NCBI GenBank assembly: GCA_050951545.1
Contig: JBMNJG010000003.1
Location: 192,001 to 256,000, forward strand
Length of the DNA: 64,000 bases
Direction of reading: 5' to 3'
Source of the DNA: Limnochordia bacterium
Lineage (GTDB): Bacteria > Bacillota > Limnochordia > DTU080
In this document: piece by piece, positions 9,769-19,132 of the stretch
How positions within the stretch are numbered: position 1 is the first letter of the stretch
How the letters are laid out: each line of letters begins with the position of its first letter
Position numbers and translations under genes: made by a program
The notes under the pieces: generated by a model
What the model was told of the DNA's origin: nothing
What the model saw: the letters and a program-made list of their open reading frames with translations, nothing else
The model's database searches: none

Positions 9769-12420
9769 CTAGTCCCTAACCCCGGTCTGTCCCTGCAATG
9801 TCTCACTAACCATAGCCTTCACCTTAGCCAGCGCTTCACCTAGTCCTGCGGGGTTCTTGCCCCCAGCTCTGGCCATGGCCGGGCTGCCGCCACCTCCGCC
9901 TTTCACCAAGGGAGCCACTTGCTTGATTAGTGCATTAGCCGCCACGCCTTTGGCAACGGCCTCTGGTGTCGCCATGAGCACGAGGTAAGCCCTTTCTCCG
10001 TCACCCGATCCGAGGGCCAGGATTGAAGATCCCAGGCGTTGCTTCAGTGTGTCGCCCAACGCACATAGACCGTCAGTGTCCATGTTGTCTACTTCGGCTG
10101 CCACCACCGCCAACCCATCGATCTGCTCAGCAGAGGCTAGCAGGTCATCCAGCCGACTGACTGCCAACTGGGACTTGACGGACTCCAGCTCCTTTTCGAG
10201 CTGCTTGAGCTGATCCATCACTCTTTCGACTTGGTCCTCCACCTCGGGTACTCCGACCTGTAGAAGAGTGGCAATAGCCGCCAGTGTTTTCGACTCCTCC
10301 GCGATAAGCTTTAGAGCACCTTCACCAGTAACCGCCTCGATGCGGCGCACGCCAGCAGCTACACTACTTTCGCCTACGATGCGGAAAAGCCCTATCTCAC
10401 CTGTACTACGGACGTGAGTGCCCCCGCATAGCTCCTGGCTGTACTCACCGATCTGTACCACACGCACCTGGTTGTCATACTTCTCGCCGAAGAGAGCCAT
10501 GGCCCCCGAGGCGACCGCATCTTCATACGACATCGCCTTCGTGGTGACAGGGAGATTCTGTAGAATAAGGCTGTTTACCCGTCTCTCAAGTTCAGCGATC
10601 GCCTCGGCGTCCAGAGCGGCAAAATGCGTAAAGTCAAAACGTAAGCGATCAGGTGCTACCAAAGAACCGGCCTGGTTGGCGTGTTCACCCAAGACTCCGT
10701 GCAGAGCCCAGTGAAGCAGATGCGTGGCTGTGTGATTTCGTTGCGTAGGCAGGCGCCTATCTCGATGAACCTGCGCCTGGACCTGCTCACCCACGCGCAT
10801 CTCACCCTCAAAACGACCGTGGTGAACGATGGTTCCGCTACCGAGGCGTAGAACCTGCTGCACTGCGAAACTCCCCTGAGCGCCTTTGATCACGCCTGCA
10901 TCCGCCACTTGACCGCCACTCTCGGCGTAGAACGGTGTTTTCGCCAAGACAACCCCTGCCGTGCCGCTTCCGCTCACATGTCCAACCTGCTCACCATCAG
11001 TAACCACAGCCACAATCTCTGTGGTAAGATCACAGGTCTCATATCCTGCGAACAAAGTGGCAGGTAGCTCGAGATCACCATAGCCCTCGCTCTCATCCCC
11101 GAGGTAGCCTGTCTCGGTGCGGGCCGCCCGTGCTCTGGCGCGCTGTTGCTTCATCATCGCCTCAAAACCGGCTTTGTCGATCCCTATGCCTCGATCAGCT
11201 GCAATCTCTTCAGTCAGTTCAAGAGGAAAACCATACGTGTCGTGCAGGCGGAAGACATCCTCTCCCGAGATCACACCGCTCTCGGGATCTACTTCTTGCA
11301 TCAACCGCGTGAGAATGCTCATGCCTTGCTCGAGTGTCGCATGAAAGCGCTGCTCCTCTTGGGCTACCACTCGCTTAATATGGTCGACTCGGTCAAGGAG
11401 ATCGGGATATCCCACCTGCATCTGCTTCACCACGACATCCACGACACCCGTCAGAAACGCCCGCTTGATGCCGAGAAGATGACCATGGCGCACAGCCCGC
11501 CGCAGAAGTCGACGTAAGACATAGCCTCGCCGCTCGTTGCTCGGCAGAACACCGTCATAAATCATGAAAACGACACCGCGCATGTGATCACTGATCACAC
11601 GCAGGCTTTCGTCAGACTGAGCGTCTGCGCCGTAGACCACCCCAACTTGCTGGGCCACGTGGTCGATGATCGGACGCAACAAGTCCGTGTCAAAAATGCT
11701 CTGCACTCCCTGCAATATGGCGGCAACGCGCTCCAGGCCCATACCCGTATCAATGCCTTTGCGGACCAGAGGGTGCAGGTCGCCGTTCTCATCCTGGTGG
11801 AACTGTATGAACACCAAGTTCCAAAGCTCCATGAAACGCTCGCAATCGCACCCCGGCTGACAGTCCGGATTGCCACAGCCATAGGCCGCCCCGCGATCCA
11901 CATGGATTTCAGAACATGGCCCGCAAGGTCCGACGCCAATACCCCAGAAGTTATCCTCCTTGCCCAGTCGAACTATGCGTTCCGCAGGAACACCGATCTG
12001 AGTATTCCAGATCTCGAACGCCTCATCGTCGTCCAGGTATATGGTAATCCACAGAGAGGCGGGATCAAAACCCAGCACCTCAGTTACAAACTCCCACGCC
12101 CACGCAATGACCTCGCTCTTGAAGTAGTCGCCAAATGAGAAGTTGCCGAGCATCTCGAAGAACGTACCGTGGCGGTCGGTTTTTCCAACGTTCTCAATAT
12201 CTGCTGTGCGCAGACAGCGCTGACATGTCGTAATCCGATTTCTCGGCGGAATCTCCTTGCCCACAAAATAGGGCTTAAAGGGTATCATTCCGGCCACTGT
12301 CAAGAGCAGAGTAGGATCTGCTGTTGGCACCAGAGAAGCGCTGGGCAACCGCAAATGGCCCTTCGCCTCAAAGAACTCCAAATACGCGGTGCGTAGTTGG
12401 TCCACCGTCATCGCTTGCAC
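9769..12420 (-). CDS. alaS: Alanine--tRNA ligase
   Basis: HGTFFEMLGNFSFGDYFK, DTGMGLER, editing motifs HTATH and ELCGGTH, GGGGG. Confidence 0.98.
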   Translation of the reverse strand: MQAMTVDQLRTAYLEFFEAKGHLRLPSASLVPTADPTLLLTVAGMIPFKPYFVGKEIPPRNRITTCQRCLRTADIENVGKTDRHGTFFEMLGNFSFGDYFKSEVIAWAWEFVTEVLGFDPASLWITIYLDDDEAFEIWNTQIGVPAERIVRLGKEDNFWGIGVGPCGPCSEIHVDRGAAYGCGNPDCQPGCDCERFMELWNLVFIQFHQDENGDLHPLVRKGIDTGMGLERVAAILQGVQSIFDTDLLRPIIDHVAQQVGVVYGADAQSDESLRVISDHMRGVVFMIYDGVLPSNERRGYVLRRLLRRAVRHGHLLGIKRAFLTGVVDVVVKQMQVGYPDLLDRVDHIKRVVAQEEQRFHATLEQGMSILTRLMQEVDPESGVISGEDVFRLHDTYGFPLELTEEIAADRGIGIDKAGFEAMMKQQRARARAARTETGYLGDESEGYGDLELPATLFAGYETCDLTTEIVAVVTDGEQVGHVSGSGTAGVVLAKTPFYAESGGQVADAGVIKGAQGSFAVQQVLRLGSGTIVHHGRFEGEMRVGEQVQAQVHRDRRLPTQRNHTATHLLHWALHGVLGEHANQAGSLVAPDRLRFDFTHFAALDAEAIAELERRVNSLILQNLPVTTKAMSYEDAVASGAMALFGEKYDNQVRVVQIGEYSQELCGGTHVRSTGEIGLFRIVGESSVAAGVRRIEAVTGEGALKLIAEESKTLAAIATLLQVGVPEVEDQVERVMDQLKQLEKELESVKSQLAVSRLDDLLASAEQIDGLAVVAAEVDNMDTDGLCALGDTLKQRLGSSILALGSGDGERAYLVLMATPEAVAKGVAANALIKQVAPLVKGGGGGSPAMARAGGKNPAGLGEALAKVKAMVSETLQGQTGVRD

Positions 12421-12479
12421 ATCTACGCCCCCCCTATGATGTGAACCCAGCGTTGTGCCTAATAAATGGTACAATCAGT

Positions 12480-12508
12480 ATGATACAAGAGCTCGCCACG
12501 ACCGTCAA
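12480..12508 (-). promoter_or_regulatory. sigmaA promoter of alaS
   Basis: TTGACG-N17-TATCAT. Confidence 0.7.
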
Positions 12509-12530
12509 TGAGCCCAGACGCATCACGCCC

Positions 12531-13550
12531 CTACGAGCCGGTCACCTCTTCTGCAAGGTATCCAATAATGAGCTTCAGGGAAGCTGCAGCAGGAACGGCC
12601 AGAAACATGCCCCATATGCCAAGCAACTCGCCTCCCACCAGAATCGAAAAGATCACTGTCAACGGATGCAGGTCCATGCTGCCGCTCATCACCTGTGGCT
12701 GAAGGACAGCCCCCTCCACCTGATGCACCACAACGACGAGCACTACCGCCCAAAGAGCCGTAGCCGGAGACTGCACAAATGCAAACAAAACAGCTGGCAC
12801 CGCTGCGATGACCGGCCCGAAATAGGGGATGAACTCGAACACAGCGGCCACGGTACCGATAACCAATGCGTATTTCACCTTCAGGCTTGCGAGCCCCACA
12901 CTGATCAACAGGCCTACTATAGCAGCGACAATCAACTGGCCGCGCAGGAATGCTCCCATAAGCTCGTTTAGTCTCTGAGCCAAGACCAGTACCTCCTGAC
13001 GGCGCGCTGGAGGCAGAAGCGACAAGAACCACCTCTGAATCTTCTCAGTATCACGCAGAAAGTAGAAGGCGAGAAAGGGAACCAGCAAGATGGTGAAAGT
13101 ACGCGCCAGCAAAGCTAGAATGACCTCAAGACTGCGCGCTACCAACTGCGCAAGCAGCACTTCCACCCGCTGCGCCCCAGCACTCAGAATAGTTCGCAGC
13201 AAGTGGGACGCTCTAAGGTGCAAGACACTCGCGGCAGTGCCTCGGGTGTAGTCGCTAAGGTCGCGAGCCTGTGGCAAGTTGGCCAGCATCTCCTCGACCT
13301 CTGCGGCCAACAGAGGAACACCTACATATAGCGTCAGCCCACCAACAACCGCGAATATCACGTAAACCAGTACTATAGCCCCGCTGCGAGGGATCTGTCG
13401 AGATTCAAACGCTTGTACCAACGGGTTAGAGACGTAGGCCACGACAGCCGCAAGGGCGAACGGCACGAGTACCCCGCGTACTAGGTACAACAAGACAATA
13501 ACGCCACTTGCGGCTATCAGGAGGATCAGAAGGCGCGATCGGTCGAGCAT
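12531..13550 (-). CDS. AI-2E family transporter (YrrI-like)
   Basis: Multiple TM segments; FYFLRD, FLRGQL, FIPYFGP, LHPL..GG..G..GMFLAVP. Confidence 0.9.
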   Translation of the reverse strand: MLDRSRLLILLIAASGVIVLLYLVRGVLVPFALAAVVAYVSNPLVQAFESRQIPRSGAIVLVYVIFAVVGGLTLYVGVPLLAAEVEEMLANLPQARDLSDYTRGTAASVLHLRASHLLRTILSAGAQRVEVLLAQLVARSLEVILALLARTFTILLVPFLAFYFLRDTEKIQRWFLSLLPPARRQEVLVLAQRLNELMGAFLRGQLIVAAIVGLLISVGLASLKVKYALVIGTVAAVFEFIPYFGPVIAAVPAVLFAFVQSPATALWAVVLVVVVHQVEGAVLQPQVMSGSMDLHPLTVIFSILVGGELLGIWGMFLAVPAAASLKLIIGYLAEEVTGS

Positions 13551-13563
13551 GCCCAAGACGCCA

Positions 13564-13815
13564 TCAACGACGTCCCACAGCGCGCACGGTACGCATGGTC
13601 GTATCCATCATTGTCCGTCCAGCCCTCGCTGCCATGGCCAGCGCCCTCGGCCTAGGGCTTCCAGTAGTGACTCGGCGCCAGAGACCTCGCCTGCTCTGCA
13701 TTACTGTCCGCTGTTGCTCATTTCGCTCGCGCATGAGATGCAACGACCAAGCTCCTGCCACTAGCCCAAAAATACCCCAAAGAAGCCTGCTTCGAAGCAC
13801 ACGCATCACTGGCAC
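13564..13815 (-). CDS. Small basic hypothetical protein with an N-terminal hydrophobic helix
   Basis: Fills the gap between two genes and has an SD-like GAGGGG; WGIFGLVAGAW helix followed by an Arg-rich tail. Confidence 0.6.
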   Translation of the reverse strand: MPVMRVLRSRLLWGIFGLVAGAWSLHLMRERNEQQRTVMQSRRGLWRRVTTGSPRPRALAMAARAGRTMMDTTMRTVRAVGRR

Positions 13816-13870
13816 TCACCCCCTCTTAGGGTAGAGTTGCCATACGCACCCTCATTCATGTGGTCAATAT

Positions 13871-14833
13871 CTACCTACGAATCTCCGACACAGCTTCCGC
13901 CAGCATCGTCTCAATATCAGACGATGTGGCCCAGCAGAAATCGCCAGGTTCTGAGTACTTCCAGGCGGCCATGGCCCCACCATAGGCCACAGCCTTGTCG
14001 ATATCAGCATCCGCGTAGCCATAGAGGAAACCAGCAACGTAAGCGTCGCCAGCCCCCACTCGATCTACAGGATCCACCTCATGACTTTTGCCTTGCCACA
14101 AACCATCGGCGCTGCACACAAGAGCGCCTCTACTTCCCAGAGTAAGCACCACCATCTTGGCACCCCAGTCGTGACGCAGGCGCTCGGCTACCTCAGAAGG
14201 AGGCCCTTGTACGCCGAATACTGTAGTGGCATCTTCAGCAGTGCAAAACACCAAATCCACACCGAGCAAGGGCTGCAAGACCTCCCGTGCACTCTGCGGA
14301 GACCACAGCCGTGAACGGTAGTTGATATCGACGGATGTCGTAGCCCCCCGTCGTTGCGCCTCAGCCAGAGCTTGCCGCACTACCTCAGCGCATGACGCCG
14401 ACAAGGCAGCAGTGATGCCCGACACGTGGAAATGACGTGTCTGTGACAGTATCGTCCAATCAAGGTCCTGCGCTCGGAGCTTACTGGCCGCGCTGCCCTG
14501 GCGGTCGTAGATCACCCGTGAACCGCGCGGTGCGCCCGCTACTTCCAGGTAGTACACACCCACTCGACCCTCATTGGCCCAGATAACACCGCTCACATCA
14601 ACGCCTTGGCCACCCAAGGCGGCGCTCACCCGACGCCCGAGTGGGTTATCAGGCAGACGCCCCACCCATGCCGAGCGCAGCCCCAAGCGAGCCAGCCCTA
14701 CAGCCACATTGGCTTCACTTCCGCCCACGTACACATCGAACTGCGCCGCCTGCTCCAGCCGCTGTGCCGCTGGCGGGGTTAAGCGGATCATCGTCTCGCC
14801 TAAGGTAAGCACATCCCAGCACCGATCTGTCAT
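13871..14833 (-). CDS. PfkB family sugar kinase (2-keto-3-deoxygluconate kinase-like)
   Basis: GGSEANVAVGLARLG, YDR, DINYR..LW, DRVGAGDAY. Confidence 0.88.
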   Translation of the reverse strand: MTDRCWDVLTLGETMIRLTPPAAQRLEQAAQFDVYVGGSEANVAVGLARLGLRSAWVGRLPDNPLGRRVSAALGGQGVDVSGVIWANEGRVGVYYLEVAGAPRGSRVIYDRQGSAASKLRAQDLDWTILSQTRHFHVSGITAALSASCAEVVRQALAEAQRRGATTSVDINYRSRLWSPQSAREVLQPLLGVDLVFCTAEDATTVFGVQGPPSEVAERLRHDWGAKMVVLTLGSRGALVCSADGLWQGKSHEVDPVDRVGAGDAYVAGFLYGYADADIDKAVAYGGAMAAWKYSEPGDFCWATSSDIETMLAEAVSEIRR

Positions 14834-14844
14834 GCTGCACCACC

Positions 14845-15966
14845 TCATTCCGCCTCGTCAGAAGCGCTCTCGTTGTCTGCTACTTTGTTGTGTTCCGGTT
14901 CCGAGTTCTCAATGGTCCCGCCTCCGATGACCAAATCGCCTTGATACCAGACCACAGACTGTCCCGGTGTGATGGCCCTCTGTGGCTGCCCAAACACCGT
15001 AAGCACCCGACCATCTGACAACTCTTCAATCACAGCACCCTCAGGCTCCGCCCGATAGCGGACTCGGGCGGTGACTGGCTGGCGGCCTGTGATCTCAGCC
15101 ACAGACACCCAGTTGACCGTGTTCGCGACCAAGCAGTTCGAGTACAGCTCCTGGGAACTCCCGACCACTACTGCATTCCGCTCTCGGTCCAGCTCTAACA
15201 CGTACAGTGGTTCCCGAGCACTAACTCCCAGCCCCTTGCGTTGACCTAGTGTGTAGAAGGCTAGGCCGTCGTGCCTGCCCAACACGTGGCCGCTTCTGTC
15301 CACAATCGGGCCGTGACGCACGCTCTCAGGCCACGACTCGCGCAGAAAGGATCGGTAGTCACGGCCCTCCATGAAGCAGATATCCTGACTCTCTTTGCGC
15401 TCAGCCGCTGGCAGCTTCATATCAGCGGCCATGGCGCGTACTTTCGCCTTGGCATACTCACCCAAGGGCAGCAGCAGCCGAGCCAGCTGTTTCTGGGTGA
15501 GCCCGTAGAGATAGTAACTCTGATCCTTCACTCGATCCCGGCCCTTCGCCAAACACCAACGCCTACTCTGAGGGTCTAGGAAAGTCCGTGCGTAGTGGCC
15601 TGTAGCGACGTAGTCGCACTCAAGATAGGCTGCTCGCTCCACGAGAAGGCCGAGCTTGATCCTCCTATTACAGACGACGCAGGGGTTGGGCGTGCGCCCA
15701 ACCATGTAGGCTGCGGCGAAAACCTCGACAACCTCTCTTCGAAATTCCTCTCGCAGATCAAAGACGTGGAGAGGAATACCAAGAGCGTCTGCCACCGCAC
15801 GGGCATCATCGGTAACTGAGTCCGACGAACCGACACGCATAGTGACACCCAGGCACTCATAGCCTTGAGCAACTAGCAAAGCGGCTGCTACGGAGCTATC
15901 CACGCCTCCGCTCATGGCCACCAGTACCCTTCCTTTGGACACCGAGATGACAACCTCCTCAGACAT
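14845..15966 (-). CDS. mnmA: tRNA 2-thiouridylase
   Basis: SGGVDS, TPNPCVVCN, ATGHY, KDQSY, ESQDICF, TPGQ. Confidence 0.96.
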   Translation of the reverse strand: MSEEVVISVSKGRVLVAMSGGVDSSVAAALLVAQGYECLGVTMRVGSSDSVTDDARAVADALGIPLHVFDLREEFRREVVEVFAAAYMVGRTPNPCVVCNRRIKLGLLVERAAYLECDYVATGHYARTFLDPQSRRWCLAKGRDRVKDQSYYLYGLTQKQLARLLLPLGEYAKAKVRAMAADMKLPAAERKESQDICFMEGRDYRSFLRESWPESVRHGPIVDRSGHVLGRHDGLAFYTLGQRKGLGVSAREPLYVLELDRERNAVVVGSSQELYSNCLVANTVNWVSVAEITGRQPVTARVRYRAEPEGAVIEELSDGRVLTVFGQPQRAITPGQSVVWYQGDLVIGGGTIENSEPEHNKVADNESASDEAE

Positions 15967-17293
15967 GCCGCCATGCAGGGGGCTCGCCTCGTCGCATCCT
16001 CTCAAGCCACTGTCGGACTATACTCTCATAGCCCTTATCACCTGGCTGGTAGTACTGGGGCAGCTGTCGGCCTGGAGGACCGTACTGCTGGGCTACCCAA
16101 TTCCCTGGCACATCATGCGGGTATACGTAGCCCTTCCCATGCCCCATGTGCTTTCCATCACGGGTAGGGTCTTTCAGATGATCAGGCACATGAGCTGACC
16201 CTTGCTGCTCGATGTCACGGAGCGCACGGAAATAGGCGCCCACACTGTTGCTCTTGGGTGCCGTCGCGAGATATATCGTGACCATGGCCAGATGATACTG
16301 CGCTTCAGGCAAGCCGCACCACTCAAGAGCCTGCGCCCCAGCCGCAGCAACCACAAGCCCGCGGGGATCTGCCAAACCCACATCTTCGGCGGCTAGGATA
16401 AGTAGACGACGCATGATAAAGCGCGCATCCTCGCCCGCGTAAAGCATCTTAGCCAACCAGTACAAAGCGGCATCGGCGTCAGAGCCCCTAACACTCTTGA
16501 TGAACGCACTGATCGTGTCGTAATGCTCATCGGCACCCTTGTCATAGGACAGGGCGCGTTTCTGGATGGCCTCTCTGGCTATCTCCAGGTCGATAACTAC
16601 CTCACCATCTCGAGCTGGCGTCGTTTCCACGGCCAGCTCGAGAGCGTTCAGAGCCACTCGAGCATCACCCTCTGACCAGGTGACCCAGTGCTCAAGGGCT
16701 TCGTCATGCACGCGCACGTGACGCTCCCCATAGCCGCGCTCTTTGTCTGCTAGGGCCCGCCTCAGAAGTTCTGCCATATCTTTGTCGCTTAGGCTATTCA
16801 GCTGAAAGACGCGCAGCCTGGACAGCAAAGGCGCATTGACTTCGAAAAACGGGTTCTCGGTGGTCGCCCCGATGAGCGTCACTAGACCCTCCTCAACCGC
16901 TGGTAGCAAAGCGTCCTGCTGCGCGCGGTTGAAGCGATGAATCTCATCGACAAAGACGACAGTCCTCTTGGCGTTCATGTCACGCCGATCACGCGCCTGG
17001 TCTATGACTCTGCGTAGATCCTGAACGCCGGAGGTCACAGCGTTTAGCTGCTCAAAATGCGCCTTTGTGCGCGCAGCCACAACACGCGCCAGCGTCGTTT
17101 TCCCGCTGCCGGGAGGACCCCATAGGATAACAGACACGAGCTTATCGGCTTCGATCGCCCGCCGCAACAGAGTGCCCGGACCGACGATATGCCCTTGTCC
17201 CACAAGCTCATCCAGGTCGCGGGGCCGCATGCGTACAGCAAGGGGCGCCTGACGAGCAGCATCCGCCGCTCCAGCACTCGAGAATAGATTCAC
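15959..17293 (-). CDS. rarA: Replication-associated recombination protein A (AAA+)
   Basis: PLAVRMRP, GPPGSGKTT, DEIHRFN, GATTENP, SAFIKSVRGSD. GTG 17293 follows GGAGG. Confidence 0.95.
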   Translation of the reverse strand: MNLFSSAGAADAARQAPLAVRMRPRDLDELVGQGHIVGPGTLLRRAIEADKLVSVILWGPPGSGKTTLARVVAARTKAHFEQLNAVTSGVQDLRRVIDQARDRRDMNAKRTVVFVDEIHRFNRAQQDALLPAVEEGLVTLIGATTENPFFEVNAPLLSRLRVFQLNSLSDKDMAELLRRALADKERGYGERHVRVHDEALEHWVTWSEGDARVALNALELAVETTPARDGEVVIDLEIAREAIQKRALSYDKGADEHYDTISAFIKSVRGSDADAALYWLAKMLYAGEDARFIMRRLLILAAEDVGLADPRGLVVAAAGAQALEWCGLPEAQYHLAMVTIYLATAPKSNSVGAYFRALRDIEQQGSAHVPDHLKDPTRDGKHMGHGKGYVYPHDVPGNWVAQQYGPPGRQLPQYYQPGDKGYESIVRQWLERMRRGEPPAWRHV

Positions 17294-17324
17294 ATAAGGA
17301 CCCTCCACCTACTGGCGCCCATAC

Positions 17325-19121
17325 CTAGACCGAGTCCTTTACACGGGCCTCCGGCGCAAGCCGAATATGCAGCTCACGCAGTTGGGCTTCCGCCACCCGT
17401 CCAGGAGCCTGCATCATAAGATCAGTGGCGCTTTGGGTCTTTGGGAAAGCAATGCAGTCCCGAATCGAGTCTCGGCCTGCCATCAGCATCACCATGCGAT
17501 CAAGCCCCAGAGCGATGCCGCCATGCGGAGGTGCCCCATACTGCAACGCTTCGAGCAGGAATCCGAATTTCTCCTGCATCTCACTGTCGCTAATACCCAG
17601 CACCTCAAAGACTCGAGCCTGCAGCTCTGTACAGTGAATGCGGATGCTACCCCCGCCCAGCTCTACGCCGTTCAGCACAAGATCATACGCCTTGGCCCTC
17701 ACTTTGCCGGGGTCTGAGCTCAGGAGCTCCACATCCTCATCGACCGGACACGTAAATGGATGGTGCGCTGCGCTCCACCGTCCCGTCTCCGCTTCCCGCT
17801 CCAATAGCGGCCACTCGGTGACCCAGGCAAACTTGAACTGTGTGTGATCGATCAGCCCAAGTCTCTCACCCAGGTACAGGCGCAAACGTCCCAGAGACTC
17901 TGCGACCATCTCTCTTGGACCAGCCACGAGACAAAGCAGGTCGCCTGGCTCAGCAGAGAAGACTCGGATAAGACTGCCGATCTCCTCCGCGGTGAGAAAC
18001 TTGGCCACAGGCGAGCGTAAATCGCCGTTTTCACCGACCACCATCCAGACAAGTCCCTTGGCTCCATACGGAGTGACCACGGCCTCTAGCTGGTCGATCT
18101 CACGCCGCGGCCAGCGACCTGCCCCCTTGGCGTTGATCCCCTTGACCTGGCCACCTTGTCTCACCACATTTGAGAATACTCGAAAAGCACACCCGGCTAC
18201 CTCTTCCGATACATCCACCAAAGGCAGCCCAAAGCGCAGGTCTGGCTTGTCCGAACCATAAAGATCCATGGCATCTTGCCAGCTAATGCAAGGAATGGGT
18301 AACTCCACTTGCACGCCGATGGTGTGGGCGAAGACCTGCGCCACCATGCGCTCCACAAGCCGCATGACGTCTGTCCGTTCTACGAAGGACATCTCACAGT
18401 CAATCTGAGTAAACTCAGGCTGCCGATCAGCACGCAGATCCTCATCGCGAAAACAGCGCGTGATCTGGAAATAGCGCTCGAGCCCTCCCATCATCAGTAA
18501 CTGCTTGAACAGCTGCGGCGATTGGGGAAGAGCAAAGAACTCTCCAGGATGTACCCTGCTCGGTACCAGATAGTCACGCGCGCCTTCCGGCGTTGACTTG
18601 GTCAACATCGGAGTCTCAATCTCTAAAAACCCAGCTCCATCCAGGAAATCCCGTACGGCCTTGACGACCCGATGGCGCAGAATCAGCGTCTCTTGCATCT
18701 CAAAACGACGCAAGTCAAGATAGCGGTACCGTAAGCGGAGCATTTCGTCCACTTCGTTGGCCCGGGAATCCAACTGAAATGGCGGAGTCTTCGCCTCGTT
18801 GAACACAGTGAGAGCGTCGACCAAGACCTCGATATCACCAGTAGCCAGATTGGGATTCTCCATGCCTTCTAGGCGTCTTGTGACTTCGCCCTCAACCATC
18901 AGCACATGCTCATTTCGCAGTCTCTCAGCCCGCTCAAAAACAGCCCCGCCCCGCTCAGGGCTGAAGACCACTTGCACGATACCCCACCGATCGCGCAGAT
19001 CAACGAAGATCAATCCCCCGTGATCGCGCCGTCGATGGACCCACCCTGCTACTTTGACCCGTTGCCCGACATGTTCGACCCGCAACTCGCCACATACGTG
19101 GCTACGCATACTCTGCTCCAC
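17325..19121 (-). CDS. aspS: Aspartate--tRNA(Asp/Asn) ligase
   Basis: RDHGGLIFVDLRD, LPQSPQLFKQ, FRDEDLRADRQPEFTQ, HHPFT, PPHGGIALGLDR. Confidence 0.97.
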   Translation of the reverse strand: MEQSMRSHVCGELRVEHVGQRVKVAGWVHRRRDHGGLIFVDLRDRWGIVQVVFSPERGGAVFERAERLRNEHVLMVEGEVTRRLEGMENPNLATGDIEVLVDALTVFNEAKTPPFQLDSRANEVDEMLRLRYRYLDLRRFEMQETLILRHRVVKAVRDFLDGAGFLEIETPMLTKSTPEGARDYLVPSRVHPGEFFALPQSPQLFKQLLMMGGLERYFQITRCFRDEDLRADRQPEFTQIDCEMSFVERTDVMRLVERMVAQVFAHTIGVQVELPIPCISWQDAMDLYGSDKPDLRFGLPLVDVSEEVAGCAFRVFSNVVRQGGQVKGINAKGAGRWPRREIDQLEAVVTPYGAKGLVWMVVGENGDLRSPVAKFLTAEEIGSLIRVFSAEPGDLLCLVAGPREMVAESLGRLRLYLGERLGLIDHTQFKFAWVTEWPLLEREAETGRWSAAHHPFTCPVDEDVELLSSDPGKVRAKAYDLVLNGVELGGGSIRIHCTELQARVFEVLGISDSEMQEKFGFLLEALQYGAPPHGGIALGLDRMVMLMAGRDSIRDCIAFPKTQSATDLMMQAPGRVAEAQLRELHIRLAPEARVKDSV

Positions 19122-19132
19122 GCTTGGACCTC

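Noticed and set aside
17294-17324. 6S RNA, often found downstream of aspS in Bacillota
   Set aside because: The gap between aspS and rarA is about 30 bp, far too short.
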